DNA of 20,000 nt from Ancylonema sp. (taxonomy: Eukaryota), in assembly GCA_050230475.1 (NCBI GenBank), contig JBFLGF010000134.1, positions 51,611-71,610 on the forward strand. Direction: 5' to 3'. The position numbers and the translations under genes were made by a program. Of the stretch, positions 9,545 to 19,970 are shown piece by piece. The notes beneath the pieces are model-generated. The model saw only the letters and a program-made list of their open reading frames with translations. It did not search any database and was not told the DNA's origin. The first letter of the stretch is position 1. Every line of letters begins with the position of its first letter.

Positions 9545-10812
9545 TGTTAGAATGTAATTGTAAATGCATAATAATACATGAAGTTTTCTTAGTAATTATT
9601 AGGGGCCAAGAATTGAGTAGCATTAGATCATGACATCGATAGAACGAAAAATCGACAATCACTTAGAAATACATACATACGGGCATCGATACAAAAATTG
9701 TCTAGTCACATTTTGAAGTAGTGACGTAAAAGGGGGAATAATTAAAGATAAGGATGACTAGATATAGACCATAGATTGACTAGGATAGCGGCGCCACATT
9801 TTATCTAGCTCGCTAGGAAGTTCTACTAAATCTTGTACTCGCAAGAGATAAGGCCAACTTGGCTAGAATCTCCAAATCAATTACTTCTACCATCCTGAAT
9901 TATTGCTCGCACAGTCTGCCTGCACTTTCTATCATGCTTAGTAATTCCTCTAAGTTTGCCTTGCACCGATAAGCAACGCATCTGTAGAGTATCGAGAAGA
10001 GTTTCCTGCCCACGTGTAGTCAGTGGTGTTTCGTGCGAATCCGAGACGCAGAGGTCAGCATTGAGAAGAGCCGACGTATAGGCTGCAAGTCAGAAAGAAG
10101 CAAGTCGCAATCTTTAAGCAAGCATCGACAGGAAAGATCATTGCTTATATGAATGAAGTTGTTCAACTTCACTCATATTAGCAATGATCTTTATTGTCGA
10201 TGCTTGCTTAAAGATTGCGACTTGCTTCTTTCTGACTTGCAACCTATACGTCGGCTCTTCTCAATGCTGACCTCTGCCTCTTCGGTGGCAAGACAATGCT
10301 GACCTCTGCATCTCGGATTCGGAGGAAACACCTTTGCCTATACGTGGGCAGGAAACTCTTTTCGATACTCTACAGATGCGTTGCTTATCGGTGCAAGGCA
10401 AACTTAGAGGAATTACTAAGCATGACAGAAAGTAAAGGCAAACTGTGCGAGCAATAATTCAGGATGGTAGAAGTAATTGATTTGGAGATTCCAGCCAAGT
10501 TGGCCTTATCTCTTGCGAGTACAAGATTAACTAAAACTTCCTAGCGAGCCAGATAAAAATGTGGCGCCGCTATCCTAATCAATCTATGGTCTATGTCTAG
10601 TCATCCTTATCTTTAATTATTCCCCCTTTTACGTCACTACTTCAAAATGTGACTAGACAATTTTTGTATCGATGCCCGTATATATGTATTTCTAAGTGAT
10701 TGTCGATTTTTCGTTCTATCGATGTCATGATCTAATGCTACTCAATTCTTACCCCTAACAATTACTAAGAAAACTTCATGCATTATTATGCATTTACAAT
10801 TACATTCTAACG
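9545..10812. repeat. 1268-bp inverted repeat (arms 9545-10161 and 10164-10812, TT spacer), putative fold-back LTR
   Basis: Hand alignment of the left arm with the reverse complement of the right arm gives about 29 substitutions, two 1-bp indels and one 32-bp insertion. Centre is gaagttg-tt-caacttc. Confidence 0.97.
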
Positions 10813-10860
10813 AAGTCTTCTTGCACCCGCTACATCGATTGATTCCCGTTTTGTCTTTTG

Positions 10861-12225
10861 TGACAGGTTGAAATCCACATCCTCAATGAATTCGTAGTAT
10901 TGCAGATTGAGTCTCTGCTGAGATATCAATATTATATCTATCACACGTCTCAGCGGTCTGGTGAAATTCACTATTTAACGTTGAGGGCGAGCTAAGAGAT
11001 GGTTTACAGTACAAAAGTCTGAGAAAATACTGTAAAGCAAACAAGATAGTCTGGTGATGTCTATCAAGGTTAACAGTCGTAAGAGTTACTTTCGGTGAGA
11101 AAACAAAGTATCGACGGCGCGTCGATAAAAGATGCTGGCTTAGAAATAGCGTGAGCAGACAGGTGTAAACAACAGATGTTGGCTCGGAGCGAGCGACAAC
11201 AAACACACACACACAAATGAAATTGCCGGTTCGGAGCGAACGCAGGAAAATCGACAGATGCTTTACACACACACGCACGCTTGCTGGGTAACAGAGAGCG
11301 TCAGCGAATCGATGTAAGAAATTACACTCGATAGCAAGGCTGGCTCAGAAAGAACGTCAGCAACATATTCAGATGAATCACGAATATACACACGCACACA
11401 TTGCGAAGAATGATTTGCAAACTTACCGTCTAGCTGACGGATATCAGGCTGAGACGAAAGACGAGCACGTTGCGAAGTCGCGTACCCGAAGGGGAGCAAT
11501 ATTCAGAGAATTGCAAGGATTCAGATAACACACAAAACGATTGTTGGAAGAGATTTCTTAACAGCGCAATCTGACAGCGGACGCTGGCAGATCTGAAAGT
11601 ACAATTGTCTTTTATCTCAAAGGTTGTTGCGCGGTGCTAACTAGCATAGTTAACTAGAGTTAAGCTATCGAAGATAACGACAGGCTGGCTTCTAGAACAT
11701 TACAATTAATCTCGGCACTATGATGAAACGGCGCGAGGTATTACTCTAGTTCTACGGCTGGATTTATTATAAGTCGAAAGTGACTTGTGATTTAACAAAA
11801 ATCGACACACAACTATTTATTGAAGACTGCTGGATTCTAGACTTCGGAAAATACGCGTTGCGTTATTTTCAAGTCGTACAAATTTCTTACTTCACTATTT
11901 TTCTTGTAATCTACTAATTCTAAAACGTCGTTGTATCGAATACTCTTGTCATAGAGGAGTATTAATATAGAGGGGTTTCTGATCAATCTAGAGGGGTTTC
12001 GCCTTAGCGATCTCTAGCGTCATGACAGCTGACGTAATGTTTGGAGTCGGCCGCCCGGAATAGCGTTCTTCATACTTTGACTTCTCTCTGAAGTAAAGTT
12101 CTCTCTTTTAATGTCCTCATAACTTCTTCTTCTCTAAGTTCTGGATGTTGATCATCTCATATAGTCACAATCTTGTATCGATAAATGTTGGTGATCTCTC
12201 ACAATGTGGTATTGTGTTGCTCTCA
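10861..12225 (-). repeat. Putative 3' LTR of the PHD-gypsy element (left boundary uncertain)
   Basis: Minus strand TGAGAG at 12225 follows a G11-AG purine tract. Non-coding. No second copy in the window, so the left end (10859/10861, plus-strand TG) is a guess. Confidence 0.55.
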
Positions 12226-12238
12226 CTCCCCCCCCCCC
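12226..12238 (-). promoter_or_regulatory. Polypurine tract of the PHD-gypsy element
   Basis: Minus strand GGGGGGGGGGGAG followed by TG. Lies about 27 nt after the last PHD ligand codon once the nested element is removed. Confidence 0.75.
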
Positions 12239-12254
12239 AGTTTCGAAATGGCAG

Positions 12255-12754
12255 TGTAGAAACTGGGTATCAGGAGTTTCCTATCAAAGTGTTAGGAGTG
12301 GAATATGATGGAGCTCCTAGCAATCTGGGTTGCAAATGCACACACAAGATAATGGCGAGACTGAGTCGATAGGATATAGGGAAATGAGCCGATGGTCAAA
12401 ATGGTCGGGTTAATATAGTAGGGGCACAAGGTGCAAGTACATGAGATGATAGGAATGCTCTATAGGCATTCCTATCGGCTAGATATAGGAAAGTCGGCCC
12501 AAGCCGACTCTAGGAAACATGTGGGATAAATAAGTTGAGTACACAACAAAATGTAGCTAAAGGCACAACTGCCCAGACTAAAGGACACACCAGAATACTC
12601 CCTAGGGGCCAGGCGGCCCGCTAGGGACACAACTCCCCGCTCTATTAGGGACCAGAACTCGCTAATAGAGGAAACTGAGCTAGTAGCGCTCTAAGCGCTA
12701 AGTGTGGAGAACCTCGCTAGGGAACCCTTCGTGAGTGTAGCGAGGGTCCTAACA
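12255..12754 (-). repeat. 3' LTR of the chromovirus
   Basis: Direct repeat of 17456-17934. Minus strand TGTTAGG...TACA. Preceded by PPT GAGGGGGGGG-TAC (12755-12767). Confidence 0.94.
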
Positions 12755-12765
12755 GTACCCCCCCC

Positions 12766-12965
12766 TCAAGGCGCGGAACGCGCTGAGGGAGGCGGTGCAG
12801 GCCGAGCGGGAAATGTGGCATGGAAATCTGCGACCGCGTCAGCAGCATTGTCCATGTTGTCGGCAGGTTCCCAAGAACGCTCCGATTCATCGTACCCGAC
12901 CCAATCCGGCCGGCCCCGCACAAACTTGGAATCCAAAACTGTGTCCAGAACTGTGGCCACCTCAT
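12766..12965 (-). pseudogene. Chromodomain at the integrase C-terminus
   Basis: HEVATVLD(TVLD)SKFVRGR..WVGYDESERSWEPADNMDNAADAVADFHATFPARP matches the chromovirus pattern EV..ILDS...W.GY....SWEP..N..NA...V..FH..YP. Carries a 12-bp duplication and lacks the YLV strand. Confidence 0.9.
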
Positions 12966-15900
12966 GGGCGGCGCGCCGTCCACAACGACGGTGGAGGCGC
13001 CACGACACGACTCGCGGGAATGTGTTGGCATGGTACGGCTCGAGGAGGCGACGTGGAAGCGGGATGGAGTTTCAGAGAGGCCGGCAGCTCCAAGCGATAA
13101 CGAGGTGCCGATCTGGCCCAGAACCGGAAAAGGACCCAAACGACGGACATCCAGTTTCGAGGAAGGACGAGTGGATCCGACGTGGCGCCGGGACAACCAT
13201 ACTTTCTGACCCGGCAAAAATATCGGAGCTGGTTTGCGCTTACGATTGGCCGAGATTTCCATCGCCCGCTGGGATTTGCGAAGCGCTGACTGGAGGAAAT
13301 CTTGGGTGTCGTGGATCGTTTTGACGTATTCGTCGGCTGCGCTGCGGGGTTGGGGGTAATTGGGGCGGGTGGGAGCAGCGACATCTGCGGGTGGAAGCCG
13401 TAGTTGGCAAAGAACGGGGAGAGGGTGGTGGCGGTGGTGGCAGAGTGCTTGGAGTTGTTGTAAGCGGCTCCAGCAGGAGTTGGGACCAATCGGATTGCTG
13501 GTAATCGGTGTAGTTCGCAGATATTGTTCGAGAACCGAAGTAAGGCGCTCCGTCTGCCCGTCCGTCTGCGGGTAAAGCAGAGGAGCGGTTGGCCGTACAC
13601 CGAGCAGCCCAACAGCCGCCGGCGCCAAAAGTGGCTGGTGAAGATGGGATCGCGGTCGCAGATGAGGCTGCTGGGCACCCCATGCAGGCGCACGACTTGC
13701 TGCACGAACAGCGCTGCGACGTCTGGAGCCGCCATGGCCTTGGTGGTAGGAATGCAGTGGGCCTGCTTCGTCAGCCGGTCGACGACCACTAGAATGGCGT
13801 CGTGGTAGTCGCTCGGGGGTAGGAGGTCAGTGATCCAATCTTCTACTAGGGAGACGCTGGCCCATGGCTGGGTAGGGATAGGGAGAGGGGATAGCAAGCC
13901 ATAGGGCACATGGCGCACCGGCTTGTTCCGGGCGCATATGTCGCACGTGCGCACGTAGTTTTCCACTGCCTTCGAAAGACCAGGCCAGTGAAAATACCGC
14001 GCTATCAACGCGTGCGGGCACTGCCGAAGTGGCCTGCCATGGGTGCGTCGTGGTATTATTGCGTGTGGTATTGCGTCAGAATAGAGAGAATAATGGTAGC
14101 AGCGGTAGGAGGGATAGCGAGGCGGCCGCGATGGTATAGAAGGCCGTCGCGTAGGGTGTAGGGAAAATTGGACTCGCCTGCAGTGCGACTCGGGTTGGAT
14201 TCCCCAGCGGGTCCGGGTTGCAGGGATGTAGCTATAGCACGGAGGGTAGGGTCAGCTAGTTGGGCAGCGCGAATGTCCAGGAGTATAGGGTCGTTAGGTG
14301 CCTGCAGGATAGCTGCCGCACGCACCGGGGGAATTGGTAGAAGAGCTGGTGGGGGGAGGATTGGGTGGGGGGATGTAGCTGGCAGCAGATAGTCAGTTCT
14401 TCGGGATAGGGCGTCTGGCTTGCCATTGCTGGACCCTTTCCTGTAGACGATAGTGAAGTCGTAGGCTCCCAGCGTCTCGGCCCACCTTGCGTGCCTGCGG
14501 GATGTAGTTCTGGCTGCTTGGAAGTACACCAGGTTCTTGTGGTCGGTGTAGACCACGATCTTTCAAGATAGAATAGACCCGCCACTGGCGAAAGACAGGC
14601 AGCCACTATGGCGAGCAGCTCTTTATCGTAGATAGGGTAATTTAGTTAGTTCTGCCGGAGGGAATGAACTTGCGGGAGTAGAATGCTACGGGGTAGAGTT
14701 CGCCGCTGGGATCTGGTTGCGATAAAACGCAGCCGAGGCCGAAGTCGGAGGCGTCGGCTTCGAGGGTGAGTGGCTGCAGGGGCTGGATGAAGTGCTGCAG
14801 CAGGACTGGAGCGGAAGTGAAGGCCAGCTTGAGGGATGTGAAAGCTGCCTCCGCCTCCCTCCGTTGTCCACCCAAAGGTTGCTTCCTTTCGTGTTAATGA
14901 GGTAAGGGGGCACGCCACCGTAAAGTAGTCTTTAACAAAACGCCTGTAGAAATAAGCGAACCCAAGGAATGACTGGACCTCCTTGACGGAGTGGGGCTGC
15001 GGTCAGTCAAGGAGAGATGCCACTTTCTGGGGGTCCATGCCCACGCCTGCTGGGGAGACCTGGTAGCCTAGAAAGGCGATAGTGTCAATATGAAACTGAC
15101 ACTTCTCGATCTTAGCGTAGAGTTTGTTTTCCCGTAGGATTGCCAGGATAACACGGACGTGGGGGACGTGTTCAGCCGGGGATAGGGAGTAGATAATCAT
15201 GTCGTCGAGAAGGTTTGCTAGGTAGACGTCGAGAGGGTCACGAAAGACGTCGTTGATGAAAGAGTGAAATGCTGCCGGGGCATTGGTGGGCCCGAAAGGG
15301 CAGACCTGGTACTCGTAGTGTCCGTAGCGGTAGCGGAATGCAATCTTGTACTCATCCCCCTCCTTTACTCGCAGCTGGTGATAAGCGTTGCGGAGATCGA
15401 TCTTCGTGAAGATCGTTGCGGAGTTGAGGCGGTCGGGCAGCTCAGGTATGAGGGGTAGAGGGCAGCGGTTTTTTTTAATAGTCACTGCATTGAGCTTGCG
15501 GTAGTCGACACACAAGCGTAGTTTGCCGTCAGGTTTTTTGATGAACATGACAAGTGCTCCTCCTCCCGGGCTGGACGACGGCCGGATGAAGCCGTTTCGC
15601 AGGTTGTCAGTGATGTACGTCTTTAGAGTTTCCAGCTCTGGTTTTGACAGGGAATAAATTGGCCCCCAGGGGGGTTCTGCACCTGGCAGGAGGGGGAGAT
15701 ATCAAGTCGTAAGGCCTGTGGGGGGGAAGGGTGTTTGCAGCCTGCTCGGAGAACACGTCTGCAAAGTCGTGGTATTCGGGAGGCAGTTGGGCTAGAAGGG
15801 TGGAGGGAGCTGTCCAGGGTTTTGGCTGGGCATGGGGTAAGGGAAGTGGGGGAGTGGGGGAAGGGGAGGGGGTGGGAATGGGGGGGGGGGGGGGGTTTGG

Positions 15901-16365
15901 CATCAAGCAGTGAGCAACACAGTGTGGACTGGTGAGGGATATGGTGCCTGAGTGCCAGTCTATTGCTGGATTATGCTTGTGCAACCACGGGAAACCGAGG
16001 ACAACCGGGCAGTGCGCCAGTCTGGTGACGTCCAAGGTGATGGTCTCCGTGTGGTTGCCTGGGGATCTGAGCTGCGCCGAAAAATAGCAGGTAATGGGGC
16101 CAGCGGCTGGGGGGCTGCCGTCTATCAGGACTGGGATGGGTTGGGGATGGGGGTGGGTGGGTAGGTTATTGTCTGACAAAAGCTGGGGGTCGATAAAGTT
16201 GCTGACGCCCCAGAGTCGATCAGCACTTTGACAAATATAGGCGGGAGGGGGGTAACGGAGCAGATGGCAGGCCAGCAGAAGCTGGCGGGGGTGGGGAAAG
16301 GGGGAGGGTAGGGGACGGGGACCCGCACAGACCCCTCCTAGGACTGTGTGGGGTATTCGTTTTTT
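12966..16365 (-). pseudogene. pol: Chromovirus Pol (protease, RT, RNase H, integrase with GPY/F), frameshifted
   Basis: [139 protein letters not shown]. Confidence 0.95.
16321..16365 (-). promoter_or_regulatory. Putative -1 ribosomal frameshift signal at the gag-pol junction
   Basis: Minus strand A AAA AAC (16365-16359) in the frame SKNEYPTQS-stop; the -1 frame reads VKKRIPHTVLGG into pol. Followed by pairable acccc/acacag...ggggt/ctgtg/gggt. Confidence 0.7.
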
Positions 16366-17395
16366 GACTCTGAGGGGGCTGCAGATCGAGGAAGCGCACG
16401 GTGCGTCCCTTGCCCTTGTTAGGGCAGGTTCTGTTGTCATGGCCTGGCAGGCCACAGTAGAGGCACAGGTTGTCAGCCACACGGCGGGCCATCTCCGCGG
16501 GTTCTACCTTCAGGATCTGGCGGCGTGGGCCATCTATGTCCATGGGGACAATCTGCAGGTGAGGGGGCAGCTGTTGGGGGAACTGATCTGCAACTCTGGC
16601 TTGGGGGGGGACGTAGGTTGATCGGGGTCTGTCCAAACGAGCAGCAGCCAGGGCGTTTTCGATGCTCTTGACGAAGGTAACATACTCGGAGAAGGTGTCA
16701 GGGGGGGACTGAACCTTCAAGATCTCCTGCCTGAGCTCTGGCTTCAGTTTGTCAAAGTAAGTGATCAATGGATGATCTCCCCACCCCTGAAACCCTCTGA
16801 CTAAGGCTCTGAACCTGGAAGTGAAGTCCTGAACGCCCCCTGTTTGTTTGAGTTCACGCAGCTGGCGTTTTGTGGTCAGGTTGGAGGGGGTGTCGCCAAA
16901 AGCTTCACTCAGACCCTTGAGGAGGGCGTTCACGTCATATAGCCCGCGGGAAGGTTGCTGTCTGAGTCGTGGGTGGTGGCCGTGGTGTGAGTGATTCGCC
17001 AGCAGCACCAGTAATGACGAAAAGTAGAGGACTGTATAGGATCAGAGAATTTGATAGGAGCCACCCGAATCTGGTTACGCACTAGTCGTAGAAAAGTTGC
17101 CAGACTTGCAGAATCTCCTGAATATTTTTGTAAATCCGGGAGGACCATTTTTGAGGGAGGTGGCTTGTAGACTGGTGGAGAAACAGGGATAGGTTGAGGG
17201 AAGGACGTGGGTGGGGCTGAGATAGGAGATGGGGTGCTGAGGTGCGCCTCCACCACCTTTTGTTTTTCGTGAAGCTCCGCTCGATTGAGCAAATAAGGTT
17301 GTTATTCTATCATCTGTGTCCGCCTGCCGTTCCATATTTTCGCTCAGTTGCAAACTCATTGCTTTCAGAGTGTCGACAATCTGTTGCAACTCCAT
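16338..17395 (-). pseudogene. gag: Chromovirus Gag, frameshifted
   Basis: LPDLQKYSGD...FLRLV; LRELKQTGGVQDFTSRF; VPMDID; RRVADNLCLYCGLPGHDNRTCP (CCHC). Split across ORFs 17075-17395, 16930-17292 and 16220-17008. Confidence 0.9.
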
Positions 17396-17455
17396 GAGGA
17401 AAACTGAACTAGAAAAAGTGATTTTTTTTGCCTAAAAAAGTTAAAAAACCTCAAC

Positions 17456-17934
17456 TGTATTCCTATCAAAGTGTTAGGAGTGGAATATGATGGAGCTCCT
17501 AGCAATCTGGGTTGCAAATGCACAAGATGATGGTGAACATGAGTCGATAGGAGAGAGGGGAATGAGCCGATGGTCAAAATGGTCGGGTTGATATGGTAGG
17601 GGCACAAGGTGCAAGTACATGAGTTGATAGGGATGCTCTATAGGCATTCCTATCGGCTAGATATATGAAAGTCGGCCCTAGCCGAGTCGGCCCTAGCCGA
17701 CTCTAGGAAACATGTGGGATAAATAAGTCAGTACACAACAAAATGTAGCTAAAGGCACAACTTCCCAGACTAAGGACACACCAGAATACTCCCTAGGGGC
17801 CAGGCGGCCGCTAGGGACACAACTCCCGCGTTATAGGGACAGAACTCGCTATAGAGGAACCTGAGCTAGTAGCGCTCTAGCGCTAAGTGTGGAGACCTCG
17901 CTAGGGACCCCTAGTGACTGTAGCGATCCTAACA
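17456..17934 (-). repeat. 5' LTR of the chromovirus
   Basis: Direct repeat of 12255-12754. Contains a 15-bp tandem duplication (gtcggccctagccga twice, 17671-17700) absent from the other LTR. Confidence 0.94.
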
Positions 17935-17939
17935 GGCAG

Positions 17940-19970
17940 CGTTCTCCCTTGTGGTTAGGACAGAACCATGCCCCTTCAGGTATTGATTTTAGCCGAGGGG
18001 TGAGGTAATAGAAGTGGTAGCCATCGTTACAGTCGTCACAAAAAATGAGATGTTTCCCATCGTTACGTGAACCGCATTGTCTGCAGAATGTAGGATCCGA
18101 AATGTTGAACACACCTGTGTCAATCTGATTATCTTTGATGGAGAGGCTGCATGGTGAAATATTTTTCATTTGTTCCCAGATGCGGCGTCCATCTTTCCCT
18201 TGTAACTGCACCTTTCCAGAAGGTCGGATTTGGGTAATCCGAAGGATTTGTGGATGTGTTTGATGTCAAGTGTGCCTTTGGATTGGCGTTTCACATAAAC
18301 ATATTGATGTTTGAGGAGCCGAGGGCGTGGTCGTGCCCAAGCACCACTGGTACCCGAAAGTATTGATGCGTGTCTCGTTGTTGTGCAATGGCAAGGTTGC
18401 GCATTGCGAGAGGCATGACTTCCTCAAAAAAATTAGTACGTTCGAGAATTAATTTTGGTAATTCTTTGAGTGCCTCACGTAAGGGGTCATGTTCAGCTGC
18501 CTGTATTTGTGCCTGAAAGATAGGGTGTCTTCCATATAGCAAATAATATGGTGAATACCCGGTAGAGGCCTGTTTGGTCATGCGGTACCCCATGGCGACA
18601 TAAGGTAGGTAAATGTCCCAATCCGTGCGATGTTCTTTGAGGAGGTTTTGACAACTTCATCGTTTGAACCATGCGTTCTGCTAACCCATCTGATTGTGGG
18701 TGTTCCCGGGCTGCAGTACGATGTGTCACTTGATGTCCGACAAGTAAGTTGGTGAATGCCCCTTCATATTCCGCGCCTTGGTCAGTGATGATTTCACCAG
18801 GGGCTCCAAAACGAGAAAGGACTAAGTGAGTAAAGCATGTGCTGCTGATTTGGAAGATTTGTCGGGTAAGGCGATAAGTTCAACCCATTTGGTGAAATGT
18901 TTAATGCAGATCATAACGTATTGGTTTTTACGTGTACTTTCTAGCATGAGTTCAGCGAAATCCACTCCCCAGCGGTAGAAGAGTCCCCTAATTGGTAATG
19001 TTTGTAGTTGAGTGCGTCCTTCAGCAAAGTTTGTTTTTGCTCGAGAACATGCTAGACATTCCTTGATGACTTGAATGACATGATCACCCATCCCATGCCA
19101 CCAGTAATCTTGTTGTAAAGCGTGGAGCACGCGTTTTACCCCAAAATGACCGTATCGTGTGTGCATGGTATTAATCAGAGGGATTTGTTCTGGTGGTGGT
19201 GGAACGATTTTCATGTGCCCAGAGGTAGGGAGTTTGTAAACATATATCCTCATCTATCTGTATTTGAGAGCCCGTCGGTATGTACGGTCTCTTTGTTGTG
19301 GTGTCAAGTTTGGTAGGTATGTATGAGTTTTGAGAAGTGTCATTGTGGCATTATTGTCCCAAATGTCCACTTTAACATCCTCTGGTTGTGGTGCACCTTG
19401 GTGAAACTCAAAAAGTATGATGGTAGACTGTGCCCCGTAGGTGAGGTCTGCATGTAGGTAACACGGTGTTTTCTCCCCTAATATTTCAATCTCATGGTTG
19501 TCAGTGGCTGTCTCTGGTAGTGGACAACGACTGCACCCGTCGGCATTAGAGTTTGCAACACCGGGGCGATAAATTACTTCAAATTCGTACTCTTGAGGTA
19601 AGAGTGCCCAACGTGCAAGTTTGCCGGTGAGTTTTGTGGTTGTCATGATCCATTTGAGGGGTGCATGCTCGGTAATGAGGGTAAATGGTTTACCAAACAG
19701 AAATTGACGTAAATTTGCACCGCCCAGATTACAGCAAAACACTCCCCGTGGAAGCTTTTGTAGTTTCGTTCCGCATTGTTACAGCTGCGACTAGCAAATG
19801 CGACTGCATATTCGGTACTATCGTCATTTGTCTGACTCAAAACGGCGCCTAAACCATGTGCACTCCAATCGGTTGCTAACAAGTATGGTTTATTGGTATC
19901 TGGTCTACGGAGTACTGGCTTTGAACAAAGCGCCTGCTTAAGTTCAATAAAGGGTGCTTCTTGAGTCTCA
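17940..19970 (-). mobile_element. pol: Ty3/gypsy pol (RT connection, RNase H, integrase, PHD), frameshifted; element probably continues beyond the window
   Basis: LKQALCSKPVLRRPD..LATDWSAHGLGAVLSQ..VAFASRS; FTLITEHAPLKW..GKLARWAL..NADGCSR; HTRYGHFG..YWWHGM..CLAC; WGVDFA; ITDQGAEY; HPQSDGLAERMVQT; STGYSPYYLLYGR; ILRITQIRPSGKVQLQGKDG. Confidence 0.93.
17951..18088 (-). pseudogene. PHD finger at the C-terminus of a gypsy integrase
   Basis: FCRQCGSRNDGKHLIFCDDCNDGYHFYYLTPRLKSIPEGAWFCPNH follows the PHD consensus C-x2-C...LxCDxC..YH..C L.P.L..IP.G.W.C-x2-C/H, with one ligand reading Tyr (TAC, one transition from TGC). Confidence 0.9.

Larger units (their letters stand above)
7845..10812 (+). mobile_element. 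5'-truncated non-autonomous copia-derived element (copia-2) ending in a palindromic LTR-like repeat
   Basis: Copia protease ORF, orphan ORFs, PPT AGGGGGTG and TGTTAG start at 9545. No 5' LTR or TSD found in the window. Left boundary approximate (shift from AT-rich to purine-rich sequence). Confidence 0.7.
12255..17934 (-). mobile_element. Full-length degenerate Ty3/gypsy chromovirus (fungal/Tcn1-like appearance), nested insertion
   Basis: LTRs 12255-12754 and 17456-17934 (TG...CA). Perfect TSD GGCAG at 12250-12254 and 17935-17939. Domain order Gag-PR-RT-RH-IN-chromodomain. Confidence 0.96.

Noticed and set aside
9545..10812. Palindrome as a fold-back read or assembly artefact
   Set aside because: The arms differ mainly by substitutions (mostly transitions) plus a structured 32-bp insertion, and symmetry ends exactly at the PPT/LTR junction. 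An artefact is unlikely, though only raw reads can exclude it.
7845..10812. DIRS/tyrosine-recombinase retroelement (inverted terminal repeats)
   Set aside because: No tyrosine recombinase, RT or methyltransferase motif is present. The inverted arms are adjacent rather than flanking ORFs, and the protease is copia-type.
10883..11499. Minus-strand ORFs (131, 66 and 78 aa) as an env-like or accessory gene
   Set aside because: No motifs, they include translated (TG)n microsatellites, and they lie downstream of the PPT in probable LTR sequence.
12704..13324. 206-aa plus-strand ORF and other antisense ORFs over pol regions
   Set aside because: These are GC-rich shadows of minus-strand integrase/chromodomain codons, with no recognisable domain.
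17849..17934. C-terminal tail (LLGSLQSLGVPSEV...) of the PHD ORF in the ORF track
   Set aside because: It is read-through into the inserted chromovirus LTR; the native continuation lies at 12249 and below.
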